From Parcubacteria bacterium C7867-005 (GTDB lineage: Bacteria > Patescibacteriota > Minisyncoccia > Phycocordibacterales > Zambryskibacteraceae), in the NCBI GenBank assembly GCA_001189165.1, contig LFCO01000001.1, positions 221,592-285,591 on the forward strand: a DNA stretch of 64,000 nt, read 5' to 3'. The position numbers and the translations under genes were made by a program. This document shows positions 28,901 to 37,384 of the stretch, in pieces. The notes beneath the pieces are model-generated. The model was not told the origin of the DNA. It made no database searches and saw only the letters and a list, made by a program, of their open reading frames with translations. Positions within the stretch are counted from its first letter, which is position 1; every line of letters begins with the position of its first letter.

Positions 28901-29159
28901 AGAGATGAAAGAAGGAGCAGATTGTGTCGTGGCAGGTATTGTTATAGGTATTAGAGAAGTCACAACAAAAAAGGGAGACAGGATGGTTTTCGTAGAGTTA
29001 GAAGATTTTACTGGGACGCTCGATGTCGTAGTCTTCCCTAAGATATTTGAGGAGTTCAAAAGCTTCTTGGTATTAGAAAACTGCATTGCTATCAAAGGAA
29101 AGGTGTCCAAAAGAAACGATGAGACCTCTATGATCGCTGACAAAATCAAGGCCTTATAG
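25974..29159 (+). CDS. dnaE: DNA polymerase III alpha subunit. The ORF track extends it to 25899, but the conserved N-terminus starts at the ATG at 25974.
   Basis: MSKLTHLHTHSHYSLLEALP PHP-domain start, a polymerase core and a C-terminal OB fold. Confidence 0.93.
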   Translation: MSKLTHLHTHSHYSLLEALPKIPDLVKTAKKMGMESLALTDSGNLYGAIEFYKECRDAGIKPIIGLDAYVAVRGLKDKEARIDNQRSRLVLLAKDETGYRNLIKLVTISNFEGFYYKPRIDKELLEKYADGLVVIMPSFSGEVIKTLTPGDEDRAKRTIEWYKKIFGEDNFFLEITHHKEIGGHEEKMVRLLKFAEETKTKIVAAHDVYYLDPEDKPARDTMLSIQSHVGKDTVRSMNDEEENFSFLSTKEMAKLFKDTPEALENIEVIVSKCNLELKLGSWVFPKYIVESGKTYDDELRELVYKGFEYRNVKKTKEVLDRVEYELKVIKDKGYSPYFLVVGDLLHYAHDHGILTNIRGSVAGSMVTYLARITNVNPIEYKLPFERFLNPDRPSAPDIDMDFADNRRDEIIEYARTKYGRDNVAQIGTFGTMMARGAVRDVARAMNFAYGVGDQIAKLIPVGAQGFPMTLDRAMKENADLKKLYNSDPDTKTIIDMAKKIEGCARHISVHAAGVVISPGPLTDYTPLQFDTKGENKIITQYDMYSIEEAGLLKFDFLGIKNLSIIADAIDRIKKIEGTVVDIENIPLDDKKTFAMLSRGETEGTFQLNGDGMTQFLVKLKPSSIHDINAMVALYRPGPIETIPSYIERKHNPELIKYLDPRMKEFLDFSYGVIVYQDDVLLTAIRLAGYNWVEADKLRKAMGKKIPEVMQAEKEKLTKGFIEFGKLTPELSEKIWKLIEPFAAYGFNKAHAASYGRMAYQTSYLKANFPAIYMSAVLTADSGDVERIGVMIAECKRMGIEVLPPSVNESYSQFTVVNDPPHPYKIRFGLTTIKNFGQGISTSIIEERKRGGKFKTLVDFLDRIKDKNLNKKSLEALIRSGAMDEFGDRGILGGNIENLLAYNKERARESGEQESLFGLMSDTSTLPTLKLIEAKEATKKEKLLWEKDLLGLYISGHPLEEFKDKMEKGDNTIKKLIEMKEGADCVVAGIVIGIREVTTKKGDRMVFVELEDFTGTLDVVVFPKIFEEFKSFLVLENCIAIKGKVSKRNDETSMIADKIKAL

Positions 29160-29197
29160 CCTTTGAAATAGGCCTTATTTATTGATACAATTTTGAA

Positions 29198-30439
29198 ATG
29201 ACTGAACAGGAACCGCAAGATAGAGACCATAAGAAAATAGGTAGAGAACTCGAGCTGTTTACCTTTAGTGATACTGTCGGTAAGGGCCTCCCCCTTTGGC
29301 TACCAAAAGGAGCGACTGTAAGACGAGAGCTCGAGAGGTTTATTATCGACGAAGAGATTAAGCGGGGATATTTGCATGTACGCACACCCGACATCGCTAA
29401 ACTCGATTTATATAGAAAATCTGGACACTATCCATATTATAAAGATAGCCAATACGCGCCGATAGTCATAGATGATGAAGAATTCCTCTTGAGGCCGATG
29501 ACTTGTCCCCACCACTTTGAGCTGTACCTAACCAAACCACACAGCTATAGGGAGTTACCTATGCGAATCGCAGAACTTGCTCAGCTTTATAGATACGAGC
29601 AGTCTGGCGAGCTCATGGGTCTCCAAAGAGTGAGAACCTTCTGCCTTGCAGATGCTCATATAATTTGTGCATCTGAAGAACAGGCCGTAGAAGAAATCGG
29701 AGGAGCTCTCGACCTCATAGAGTACGTCACCTCTGTGTTCGGCCTGAAACTTGATATTGATTATAGATATAGACTCTCTCTTGGAGATAGGGCTAACACA
29801 GAGAAATATTATAAAAATGACAATGCTTGGGAAAAGGGAGAGGGCCTGCTAAGAGATTTGATGAAAAAACGCGGTTCTAAGTTTGAAGAAGCCAAAGACG
29901 AAGCTGCTTTCTATGGACCAAAAATAGATATTCAGATGAAAAACGCAAACGGCAAGGAAGATACTGCTTTCACTGTGCAGTATGATTTCTGTATGCCTGA
30001 GAGGTTCGACCTGACATATGTTGGCGAGGATGGTAAGCCACACAGAGCCTTTGTTGTTCACCGCTCTTCTATCGGAGCTATAGAGCGAATTATGGCTTTC
30101 CTTATAGAAAAATACATGGGCGCATTCCCCCTTTGGCTCGCACCGGTGCAAGTCAAAGTTCTACCTATTGGGGAAAGCCAGCTTCAATATGCAAAAGAAG
30201 TTACAAATAGGTTGAAACTTGAAAATATCCGCGCGGAGTTGGATGAATCGAATGAAAGTTTGGGTAAAAAAATACGCAATGCGAAGACTGAAAAGATACC
30301 TTACATGCTAATTATAGGCGACAAAGAAATAGCTGAAAACAAAGTGACACTTGAGTCCAGAGATAGTGGCAACCTCGGACAGCTGTCACTCGATGAACTC
30401 GTGGAGAAACTAAAAAGTGAAATAAAAGATAGAAAATAA
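29198..30439 (+). CDS. thrS: Threonyl-tRNA synthetase, catalytic plus anticodon-binding domains only. It lacks the N-terminal TGS and editing domains.
   Basis: It starts at DRDHKKIGRELELF, the beginning of the class II core in canonical ThrRS. It has class II motifs and a C-terminal anticodon-binding domain. It is 413 aa against ~640 aa for the canonical enzyme. Confidence 0.8.
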   Translation: MTEQEPQDRDHKKIGRELELFTFSDTVGKGLPLWLPKGATVRRELERFIIDEEIKRGYLHVRTPDIAKLDLYRKSGHYPYYKDSQYAPIVIDDEEFLLRPMTCPHHFELYLTKPHSYRELPMRIAELAQLYRYEQSGELMGLQRVRTFCLADAHIICASEEQAVEEIGGALDLIEYVTSVFGLKLDIDYRYRLSLGDRANTEKYYKNDNAWEKGEGLLRDLMKKRGSKFEEAKDEAAFYGPKIDIQMKNANGKEDTAFTVQYDFCMPERFDLTYVGEDGKPHRAFVVHRSSIGAIERIMAFLIEKYMGAFPLWLAPVQVKVLPIGESQLQYAKEVTNRLKLENIRAELDESNESLGKKIRNAKTEKIPYMLIIGDKEIAENKVTLESRDSGNLGQLSLDELVEKLKSEIKDRK

Positions 30440-30444
30440 GAAAG

Positions 30445-30466
30445 CGAGTCACTAGGACTCGCCTTG
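30445..30466. terminator. Bidirectional hairpin (gcgagtc acta g gactcgc) between convergent thrS and the islet-3 gene. On the minus strand it is followed by tttcttatttt.
   Basis: Read directly from the sequence. Confidence 0.5.
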
Positions 30467-30467
30467 A

Positions 30468-30758
30468 TCAACCCCGAGGCGTAGGTTGATCTGGTGCTTG
30501 GGCTGATGGAATGTCCTGACGATATTTCTGCTTCCTCTCCATCTCGCTCATCTTGAAGGGGCAGGAGGTGTGTCCGCACTCCCCAACGCATTCATGGGCG
30601 AGGAACACCTTGGGGCATTCAGGGCACGCCTCATCCACCCTGCCTTCGAGTACTGCCGCAGAATGGACGACTCTCTCGCCCTCGTGCATTGCAAGGACCC
30701 TAACTGCAATCCTCTCTCGAACATTCTCCTGATCGCTCTTGGTGATGTGGATCACCAT
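30468..30758 (-). CDS. Hypothetical 96-aa Cys-rich (6 Cys, CPECP...CVGECGHTSCPF) protein in GC-rich islet 3. It is a putative zinc-ribbon-like small protein.
   Basis: Intact ORF with AGG/AAG/GAG-rich codons and a TGA stop. A terminator hairpin follows on the minus strand. Confidence 0.4.
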   Translation of the reverse strand: MVIHITKSDQENVRERIAVRVLAMHEGERVVHSAAVLEGRVDEACPECPKVFLAHECVGECGHTSCPFKMSEMERKQKYRQDIPSAQAPDQPTPRG

Positions 30759-30815
30759 AGAGACCTCCGGAATGGGTGGACTTTGGGTCTGTTAGTTTAA
30801 TAACACAAATAATAT

Positions 30816-32906
30816 CTATACGTCAAGAGTAGCTTTCTTTGCGTTGGACTGGATGAAAGATTTACGAGAAGGAACGTCTGTACCCATGAGTATGTCGAAT
30901 ACTTTGTCTGCATCTCGTCCATCCTCTACCGTGACTTGTTTTAGTATTCGAACTTTTGGATCCATGGTTGTTTCCCACAGTTCTTCTGCGTTCATCTCTC
31001 CTAAACCTTTGTATCTCTGTATAGAAATCTTGGCTACTTTCTTTTTATCTTTGCCCTTAGTATTTTCTTCTACTTCTTCATTTTCTTCGGACTCTTCTTC
31101 TGTTGTATTTTCATCGAGTTCTATGATGTCTTCGATGCTTATGTCTGACCCGATCTTTTTGTTCTTTTCTTCATCAGAGTAGGCGTACATGACTTCTTTA
31201 CCTTTCTTGATTTTATATAGTGGTGGTTGAGCAATATAAACAAACCCTGCGTCTATGAGTGGACGGAAAAATCTGTAGAGGAGGGTGAGGAGAAGTGTGC
31301 GAATGTGTGCTCCATCCACGTCGGCGTCTGTGGCTATGATTATCTTATGATAACGAAGTTTGGAAATATCAAACGTATCACCTATGGCCGTACCCAGAGC
31401 GACAACCAAGTTTTTAATCTGCTCAGAACCAAGCATGCGGTCCAGACGTGCACGTTCTATGTTCAAAATCTTACCTCTAAGTGGGAGGATGGCCTGTGTT
31501 CGCCTGTCTCTACCCATCTTGGCTGTACCACCCGCTGAATCTCCCTCTACGATAAATATTTCGGACTCCTCTGCTGATTTAGACTGACAATCTGCGAGTT
31601 TACCTGGTAGAGTCATACCCTCGAGCGCGCCTTTGCGGAGGACAGAGTCTTTGGCGGCTTTGGCTGCCTTACGGGCGCGAAGTGCGAGAACAACCTTTTG
31701 GATCATCGCCTTGGCATCATCTGGATTCTCCTCAAGAAAGGCGCCGAATGAATCATTGAAAACCGTTTCTACCATACCTCTTGCTTCCACTGAACCCAAC
31801 TTTCCTTTGGTCTGTCCCTCGAATTGAATTTCTCTTAGCTTAACGGAAACCACCGCCGTCAAACCCTCCAACACATCATCGCCTGTAAAATTATCTTCTT
31901 TCTCACTAACTAGATTGTTCTTTCGAGCATAGTTATTAATAGTTCTGGTCAAAGCTGTTTTAAATCCAGTGATATGTGTACCGCCTTCAGAGTTGTAAAT
32001 ATTATTCGCAAAAGGAAGGATGCGAGAAGATATATCGTCTACATACTGGAGTGCTATTTCTACATTCTCATACTCAGTGGTGTTCTTTTCCACATAGAAA
32101 ATATTTTTATGAACGGGCTTCTGAAGAGCGTTCTCAAAACGGACCAGGGACATCAATCCACCTTCGAAGTAAAAAGACATGGATGGAGCCTCGAGAGAAA
32201 GTTCTCTTAGATAAAATACTTCCGTATCTTTTACTTCTTTTTCAGAATTCTCCCTAGCATCTATAACTGTTATACGAAGGCCCTTTACTAAATAAGCTTG
32301 CTGTCTGAGGTGGTTAACGACTTTATTAAAATCAAAATTAGTATCAGGAAAAATCTTCTCATCTGGCCTGAAGGTGATGATCGTCCCACTATTTTTGGTG
32401 GTGCCTATTTTTTTGACTGAAGCTTTTTTCTTTCCCTCACTGTACTCTTGGAAATAAATGCCTCCGTCTTTGTGAACTTCAGCCCGAGTATATGTAGACA
32501 GGGCGTTTACCACAGAAGCACCGACTCCATGCAGTCCTCCAGATACTTTGTAGCCGCTACCTTCCTCTCCAAACTTTCCTCCTGCATGGAGTGTGGTCAT
32601 CACCATCTCCAGTGCTGAAACTTTTGTTTGTTTATGAACATCCACCGGGATACCGCGGCCATTGTCCACAACCCTGATACGGTTGCCTGGTAAAAGAGCG
32701 ACCTCGATGTCGTTTGCGAAGCCCCCCATGGCTTCATCTCTAGAGTTGTCAAAAATCTCCCAGATTAGGTGGTGCAAGCCATCTGGCCCTGTTGTACCAA
32801 TATACATACCAGGACGCTTCCTGACCGGGTCTAGGCCTTCAAGGACAGTGATCGATTCAGCGCTATAATTCGAGGTTTTCTTCTTGTCGTCTTTGTCTTT
32901 GGCCAT
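30816..32906 (-). CDS. gyrB: DNA gyrase subunit B, with an acidic E-rich insertion near the C-terminus.
   Basis: GHKL ATPase motifs, TOPRIM EGDSAGG, and an EENEEVEENTKGKDKKK insert. Confidence 0.95.
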   Translation of the reverse strand: MAKDKDDKKKTSNYSAESITVLEGLDPVRKRPGMYIGTTGPDGLHHLIWEIFDNSRDEAMGGFANDIEVALLPGNRIRVVDNGRGIPVDVHKQTKVSALEMVMTTLHAGGKFGEEGSGYKVSGGLHGVGASVVNALSTYTRAEVHKDGGIYFQEYSEGKKKASVKKIGTTKNSGTIITFRPDEKIFPDTNFDFNKVVNHLRQQAYLVKGLRITVIDARENSEKEVKDTEVFYLRELSLEAPSMSFYFEGGLMSLVRFENALQKPVHKNIFYVEKNTTEYENVEIALQYVDDISSRILPFANNIYNSEGGTHITGFKTALTRTINNYARKNNLVSEKEDNFTGDDVLEGLTAVVSVKLREIQFEGQTKGKLGSVEARGMVETVFNDSFGAFLEENPDDAKAMIQKVVLALRARKAAKAAKDSVLRKGALEGMTLPGKLADCQSKSAEESEIFIVEGDSAGGTAKMGRDRRTQAILPLRGKILNIERARLDRMLGSEQIKNLVVALGTAIGDTFDISKLRYHKIIIATDADVDGAHIRTLLLTLLYRFFRPLIDAGFVYIAQPPLYKIKKGKEVMYAYSDEEKNKKIGSDISIEDIIELDENTTEEESEENEEVEENTKGKDKKKVAKISIQRYKGLGEMNAEELWETTMDPKVRILKQVTVEDGRDADKVFDILMGTDVPSRKSFIQSNAKKATLDV

Positions 32907-32968
32907 GTGTTTTGTACCTCCAATTATAGCACAAACCGACCCTCAAAAAAAGCCGGAAATCGATGCTT

Positions 32969-33649
32969 TTAGACAACTGAATTACTCAGTATTTTGATGA
33001 TATTTTCTTTGGATCTGAGCTCTGGTTTATCTCCCGGCACCTCAACTACAAAACGTTTGTCTTCATCATTAATTATCCTTCCATATCCGATAACATTTTT
33101 AAAGGAGTTACAGCCATCAAGCAATTCTTCACAAACACCACCGTTTTTGCCGCCAGAATGTATGACCATGTTTTCTCCTATATATATACCAACGTGGTCT
33201 ATTCCCTCTGGCACTTTTGTTCCTGGCATAAATTCAAGGGTTTCAGTTCTTATAGCCTCTTCTTTTACTTCTCTGTCCAAAACTTTAGAAAAATATGAGC
33301 CTTCAGTATGAATAATCTCTTTTGTGTTAGAAAAAATAAGATCTCCGGGCCTTAAATCATCTTTGGTTATTCTTTTGGAAAACACATATTGATCAACAGA
33401 GACTCTCGGTATGGCGAATCCTGACTCGACAGCTGCCCAGGCGACTAAAGATGAGCAGTCAAAAAAGTTCGGCGCATCATTCAAAACGCTTGCGCCACGT
33501 TTATAGGGCTTGCCTACGACGCTCTTCGCAGAAATAACCATCTGCTTCCTGGGTTCAACTATCCTATAAGAAAATCCCAACTTATCGAGCTTGACCTTAT
33601 CTACCTCTGTCTCGGATAAACCAATTCTATATATCGGTTTATTTATCAT
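32969..33649 (-). CDS. NlpC/P60-family cell-wall peptidase.
   Basis: FDCSSLVAWAA catalytic Cys context and HVGIYIG His. Confidence 0.7.
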   Translation of the reverse strand: MINKPIYRIGLSETEVDKVKLDKLGFSYRIVEPRKQMVISAKSVVGKPYKRGASVLNDAPNFFDCSSLVAWAAVESGFAIPRVSVDQYVFSKRITKDDLRPGDLIFSNTKEIIHTEGSYFSKVLDREVKEEAIRTETLEFMPGTKVPEGIDHVGIYIGENMVIHSGGKNGGVCEELLDGCNSFKNVIGYGRIINDEDKRFVVEVPGDKPELRSKENIIKILSNSVV

Positions 33650-34794
33650 ACAGTTCGGATTGTGCCATCAAAATCTTCTATCGTTACGCTTTCGATCTTT
33701 GCGTGTAAGACGTTTACTTCCGCATTAGTCAAGGTTCTGTCCAGATGTCTATAAGTTATCCTAAATGTATAGCTGGTCTTTCCTTCTCCAAACTTTTGAG
33801 CATTCTCATATTTATCTTTCAATTCAACTTCCTCGACCATATCACCACCAACCACTCGAATGCCATCAAAATAATCATTCAGTATAAAATCTGAATCCAC
33901 CACAAAAGAGATATCTCGAACCACCGGAGGAAATTTACTAACTTCTTTATACTTCTGACCGAGTTTAAGTTGTTTTTTTACTCTTTCATCTTCTGACCAT
34001 AAGAGTCTGATATCGGGGAGTTCCATACTAACGATAGCCAACCGCTCGAGTCCGAAACCGAAAGCCCAACCAGTCCACTTACTACTATCAATGCCGAATT
34101 TCTCTAGGACAGATCCTTTGACAACCCCACTGCCCAGGACCTCGACCCACTTACCGTCCTTATCCACCTCCATCTCAATGGATGGGTTAGTGTATGGGAA
34201 AGTATCTGGATTGAATCTAGAGATCACATTCGTGCCGAAAACCGCCCTAGCTATTGTTGAGAGAACTTCCTTAAGCTCTGTTTCTCCGATCGTCTCTTTA
34301 TCTTTTGGTGCCAGATACCAACCATCTAGTTGATGAAAAACATTCATGTGGTGGCGGTCAATCTCATCTTTGCGGTACACCTTACCATGAGAGAAGCAAC
34401 CAACAGATTCTCCTCGCGCCATCTTCTCTTTGATTTCTTTTTGCTGCAGATAGTAGTACCACATCACTGTTGTGTGTGTACGCAGAATGTTTTTGTCATC
34501 TACATAATAAGTATCAGACTTACTGCGGGCAGGGTGGTCCGCAGGAAAATCAAACAGGTCAAAACTTATATCAGCGGGGACTATCTCTGGAGTCTCTATA
34601 ACATCAAAGTCTTTGAAGCTTGGTTGGGCAAGTACTCGTTCGACCATCTCATAGATAGGACTGCCCTCGGTGCGAGAAAGATCGGGCATAGACAGGTAGT
34701 GCTTGATACGACCAGCTTCTGTATCTGACCTCTCCTTGAGCCCTTCTCTTAGTTTATTTTGATCGTCTAAAGAGATTTTATATGTATCCCTCAT
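33646..34794 (-). CDS. pheS: Phenylalanyl-tRNA synthetase alpha-type catalytic core fused to a C-terminal FDX-ACB-like anticodon-binding domain. This is a single-chain, mitochondrial-like architecture.
   Basis: Class II motif 3 GWAFGFGLERLAIV. About 110 more residues follow it, including SKFPPVVRDISFVV, the hallmark of the FDX-ACB fold. Confidence 0.7.
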   Translation of the reverse strand: MRDTYKISLDDQNKLREGLKERSDTEAGRIKHYLSMPDLSRTEGSPIYEMVERVLAQPSFKDFDVIETPEIVPADISFDLFDFPADHPARSKSDTYYVDDKNILRTHTTVMWYYYLQQKEIKEKMARGESVGCFSHGKVYRKDEIDRHHMNVFHQLDGWYLAPKDKETIGETELKEVLSTIARAVFGTNVISRFNPDTFPYTNPSIEMEVDKDGKWVEVLGSGVVKGSVLEKFGIDSSKWTGWAFGFGLERLAIVSMELPDIRLLWSEDERVKKQLKLGQKYKEVSKFPPVVRDISFVVDSDFILNDYFDGIRVVGGDMVEEVELKDKYENAQKFGEGKTSYTFRITYRHLDRTLTNAEVNVLHAKIESVTIEDFDGTIRTV

Positions 34795-34861
34795 AAGAGC
34801 CTAATTATACAAAAAAGATTGAGAAAGTCTAAATAATGGCTAAAATTGAAGGTTTTTAGAT

Positions 34862-35737
34862 CTATTCTGCATCATCATTAGCTTCATTTGAAAAGATAAT
34901 TTCATAGAAACTATCTGCTGTTTTCAGATATATGTCTCCCTTGTATTCAAATAATTTAGCTTTATCAAAACTACTTAGCTTGAGATCGGATGGGGAGATA
35001 ATTTTGTTTATGATTCTACTACCCCGTGGATCTAGTTCGACTATGTAGATACCCTTACTGGTGATGGATATGATGCCATTTGAATTCTCTGGATGCCATT
35101 CAAGATCTGTCACCTTTTCAGCGAGTGTGATCGACATGCTGGGGTCACAAACTCCTGACAAACACATGTATTGAGGTGTGTCGTCAGCAGATAACCATTC
35201 AATTTTGATATTGCCCTTATTGATAATGCTCAAAACTGTGTGGTTATCTTCAAAGATGATCACACCTGTAGAAGTTGAGATCGTAGACTCTATCTTTTTC
35301 AATAAAATTTTAGATATGGTGGCTATGAGGTTTTTATCAGTTATTTTTTTTGCGGTGATATTCTCAGGAACCAAAACTGGGCGAACTTCGGTCACCCTAT
35401 TTGGATATACCGATACTTCCTTACTCCACCCTAAAAACCCGTCTTTCTCCACTTCGATAATATGTACCTTCGGGCTAAGTCTCTGAAGCAGGATGGATCT
35501 TTCTAAGAATGACGAGTTGCCAGCCACTTTGCCATCTAGAAATACCTCACTGTTATTCCCTATGTTAGATATATAAATACCACCAGTTTTGTGGAGATTT
35601 AACTTTATGATCGATCCGATATCCATTATGGAATACCCAGAAGCAGACAGTATCAGTATTGGACCAAAAATAAAAAACACAAAAACTAAAATAATTAAGG
35701 TGACGTTCCTGCGTTTTTCTGACATCGGTCTATTCAT
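34862..35737 (-). CDS. Hypothetical single-pass membrane protein, co-oriented with and overlapping the GT2 gene.
   Basis: N-terminal TM LIILVFVFFIFGPILILSA. No recognised family. Confidence 0.4.
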   Translation of the reverse strand: MNRPMSEKRRNVTLIILVFVFFIFGPILILSASGYSIMDIGSIIKLNLHKTGGIYISNIGNNSEVFLDGKVAGNSSFLERSILLQRLSPKVHIIEVEKDGFLGWSKEVSVYPNRVTEVRPVLVPENITAKKITDKNLIATISKILLKKIESTISTSTGVIIFEDNHTVLSIINKGNIKIEWLSADDTPQYMCLSGVCDPSMSITLAEKVTDLEWHPENSNGIISITSKGIYIVELDPRGSRIINKIISPSDLKLSSFDKAKLFEYKGDIYLKTADSFYEIIFSNEANDDAE

Positions 35738-37280
35738 GGTTGTTTGTATTCCTGTGTTTTGGTGTTACCCAAAAGCCCATATATCTACCAAACATCAATC
35801 TGGTCTGGGCATCTATAGCCGGGATCGAGCTAAAAATTATGATCGTGAATGGGAATATTAGCCACTGCAGGATGGCTATCACTTTTTGTTTTTTAGTTAT
35901 GGGTTTACCCTTTGAAGACTTGGGCAACAAAGAGTATGACATGACTGAAAGAGAAATGAGTCCGAACATTGCTGAAAGCATGAGGTTTCTGGTCAATGTT
36001 GGCAGGTTGTACGAAAGCACTGTCTCTTTAAAAAATCTACCACCCAAGAGTAAGGGTAGCCAACCCAGGAGAAATATAATCAGTGGATTAGTAGCAGCAG
36101 ACCAATATCCCTCGATCTGGACCAGAGATACTCTAATTTTTTTCCAGAGAGAGATATTTTTATTTTTTACACATCCATAAAGTATATATGGGACATTTTC
36201 TGAACCCCACATCCACCGTCTATTTTGTCTGTATATATTTTTCATCGTCTGCCAAAATCCGCCGGCATGATTCGCATCCATAGACACTGGATAGGCCATG
36301 GGCACAACTCTGTAGTTACCATTGTTTACAAAAAATAGATTCCAAAATATACGAGAATCCTCAGAAACAACATTATTCTGCCAATAACCAACCTTCACTA
36401 ATGCACTAAGAGAAACCGCGTGCGAAGAGAATGTGACCAATTTCTCTGGACGCTCTTGTTGTATCATCTGCCAAAACGTATTAGAAAATGCAGTAATCCT
36501 CGATATGGGGTTAGTTTGCCATATGTTGTTGTTATATATTGGTACAGGCTGAAAAGACGCTTGATCCCTGTCATCAGTAGTCAGATAATACCAAGTGAGG
36601 ACCAAGAAATAATCTCCATAAACGACTGTATCTATATCAAACGCAGATACCACAACATTTGAATAATCTATGTTGTTAGCATCTATGTATCTTTCTTTTG
36701 TCATCCTCAGTGCATAAGATATATTTGAACCCTTTCCAGCCACCTCGCCAGAGATATCCTGTGGGTGAACCGTGACAATGATCTCTGCAAAATCTTTTCT
36801 AAATTTATCAGCAACTGTATCGGCGATCCCCTTGGCTGCCTCACCCGCTCTCTCTTCACATGCGAGCACTACGATCATCTTACTATGGTCATATTTTGCA
36901 AGCTTTAGACCAGATACACTTTCCATAACTACATCTATCGATTCATCAAAAAATGGAAATATAACTAAATGATATATATCCTCATGTTTCAAATGGGACA
37001 CTAAACCCTTCCAATCTGTACTTAGGTTTGTTCTTATCCTCCTCCAGTTATGAAAGTTATGTGAAGACATGTATATAGTCTTCAAGAACCAATAGAGGTC
37101 AAAAAGGATAACCAAGTAAGCTGCCCAAACTGGAACAAGCCAAGAAAGAACGACCAAAAGGATGATTGTTCCCCAGGTCAAAACACCCGGAACCAACTCA
37201 AACACCTTATATAAAAAACGATTGAACCCATAGAGTTCAGATGATCTGCCCACCTTTAAATATGACGAGTTCTGATTCAT
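35730..37280 (-). CDS. Processive family-2 glycosyltransferase (cellulose/chitin-synthase-like). The ORF track start at 37358 runs through the tRNA; the likely start is at MNQNSS.
   Basis: QxxRW motif RQNRRWMWG, a D,D,D-containing GT-A region and multiple TM helices. Confidence 0.7.
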   Translation of the reverse strand: MNQNSSYLKVGRSSELYGFNRFLYKVFELVPGVLTWGTIILLVVLSWLVPVWAAYLVILFDLYWFLKTIYMSSHNFHNWRRIRTNLSTDWKGLVSHLKHEDIYHLVIFPFFDESIDVVMESVSGLKLAKYDHSKMIVVLACEERAGEAAKGIADTVADKFRKDFAEIIVTVHPQDISGEVAGKGSNISYALRMTKERYIDANNIDYSNVVVSAFDIDTVVYGDYFLVLTWYYLTTDDRDQASFQPVPIYNNNIWQTNPISRITAFSNTFWQMIQQERPEKLVTFSSHAVSLSALVKVGYWQNNVVSEDSRIFWNLFFVNNGNYRVVPMAYPVSMDANHAGGFWQTMKNIYRQNRRWMWGSENVPYILYGCVKNKNISLWKKIRVSLVQIEGYWSAATNPLIIFLLGWLPLLLGGRFFKETVLSYNLPTLTRNLMLSAMFGLISLSVMSYSLLPKSSKGKPITKKQKVIAILQWLIFPFTIIIFSSIPAIDAQTRLMFGRYMGFWVTPKHRNTNNHE

Positions 37281-37296
37281 GAAGTAATGTCGACTC

Positions 37297-37372
37297 CTGG
37301 AGCCACCTCCCAGATTTGAACTGGGGACCTTCGCTTTACAAAAGCGTTGCTCTACCAACTGAGCTAAGGTGG
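37297..37372 (-). tRNA. tRNA-Thr (anticodon TGT), with the CCA end encoded.
   Basis: Minus strand reads GCCACCTTAGCTCAGTTGGTAGAGCAACGCTTTTGTAAAGCGAAGGTCCCCAGTTCAAATCTGGGAGGTGGCTCCA. It has a 7-bp acceptor stem, a GCTC/GAGC D-stem and a TTCAAAT T-loop. Confidence 0.9.
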
Positions 37373-37384
37373 CGTCGGTCTATC

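Noticed and set aside
37281-37358. The ORF-track N-terminal extension of the GT2 gene (MVEQRFCKAKVPSSNLGGGSRSRHYF) up to 37358.
   Set aside because: This stretch is the reverse-strand read-through of the tRNA-Thr gene (37297-37372). The real start is the downstream Met (MNQNSS...).
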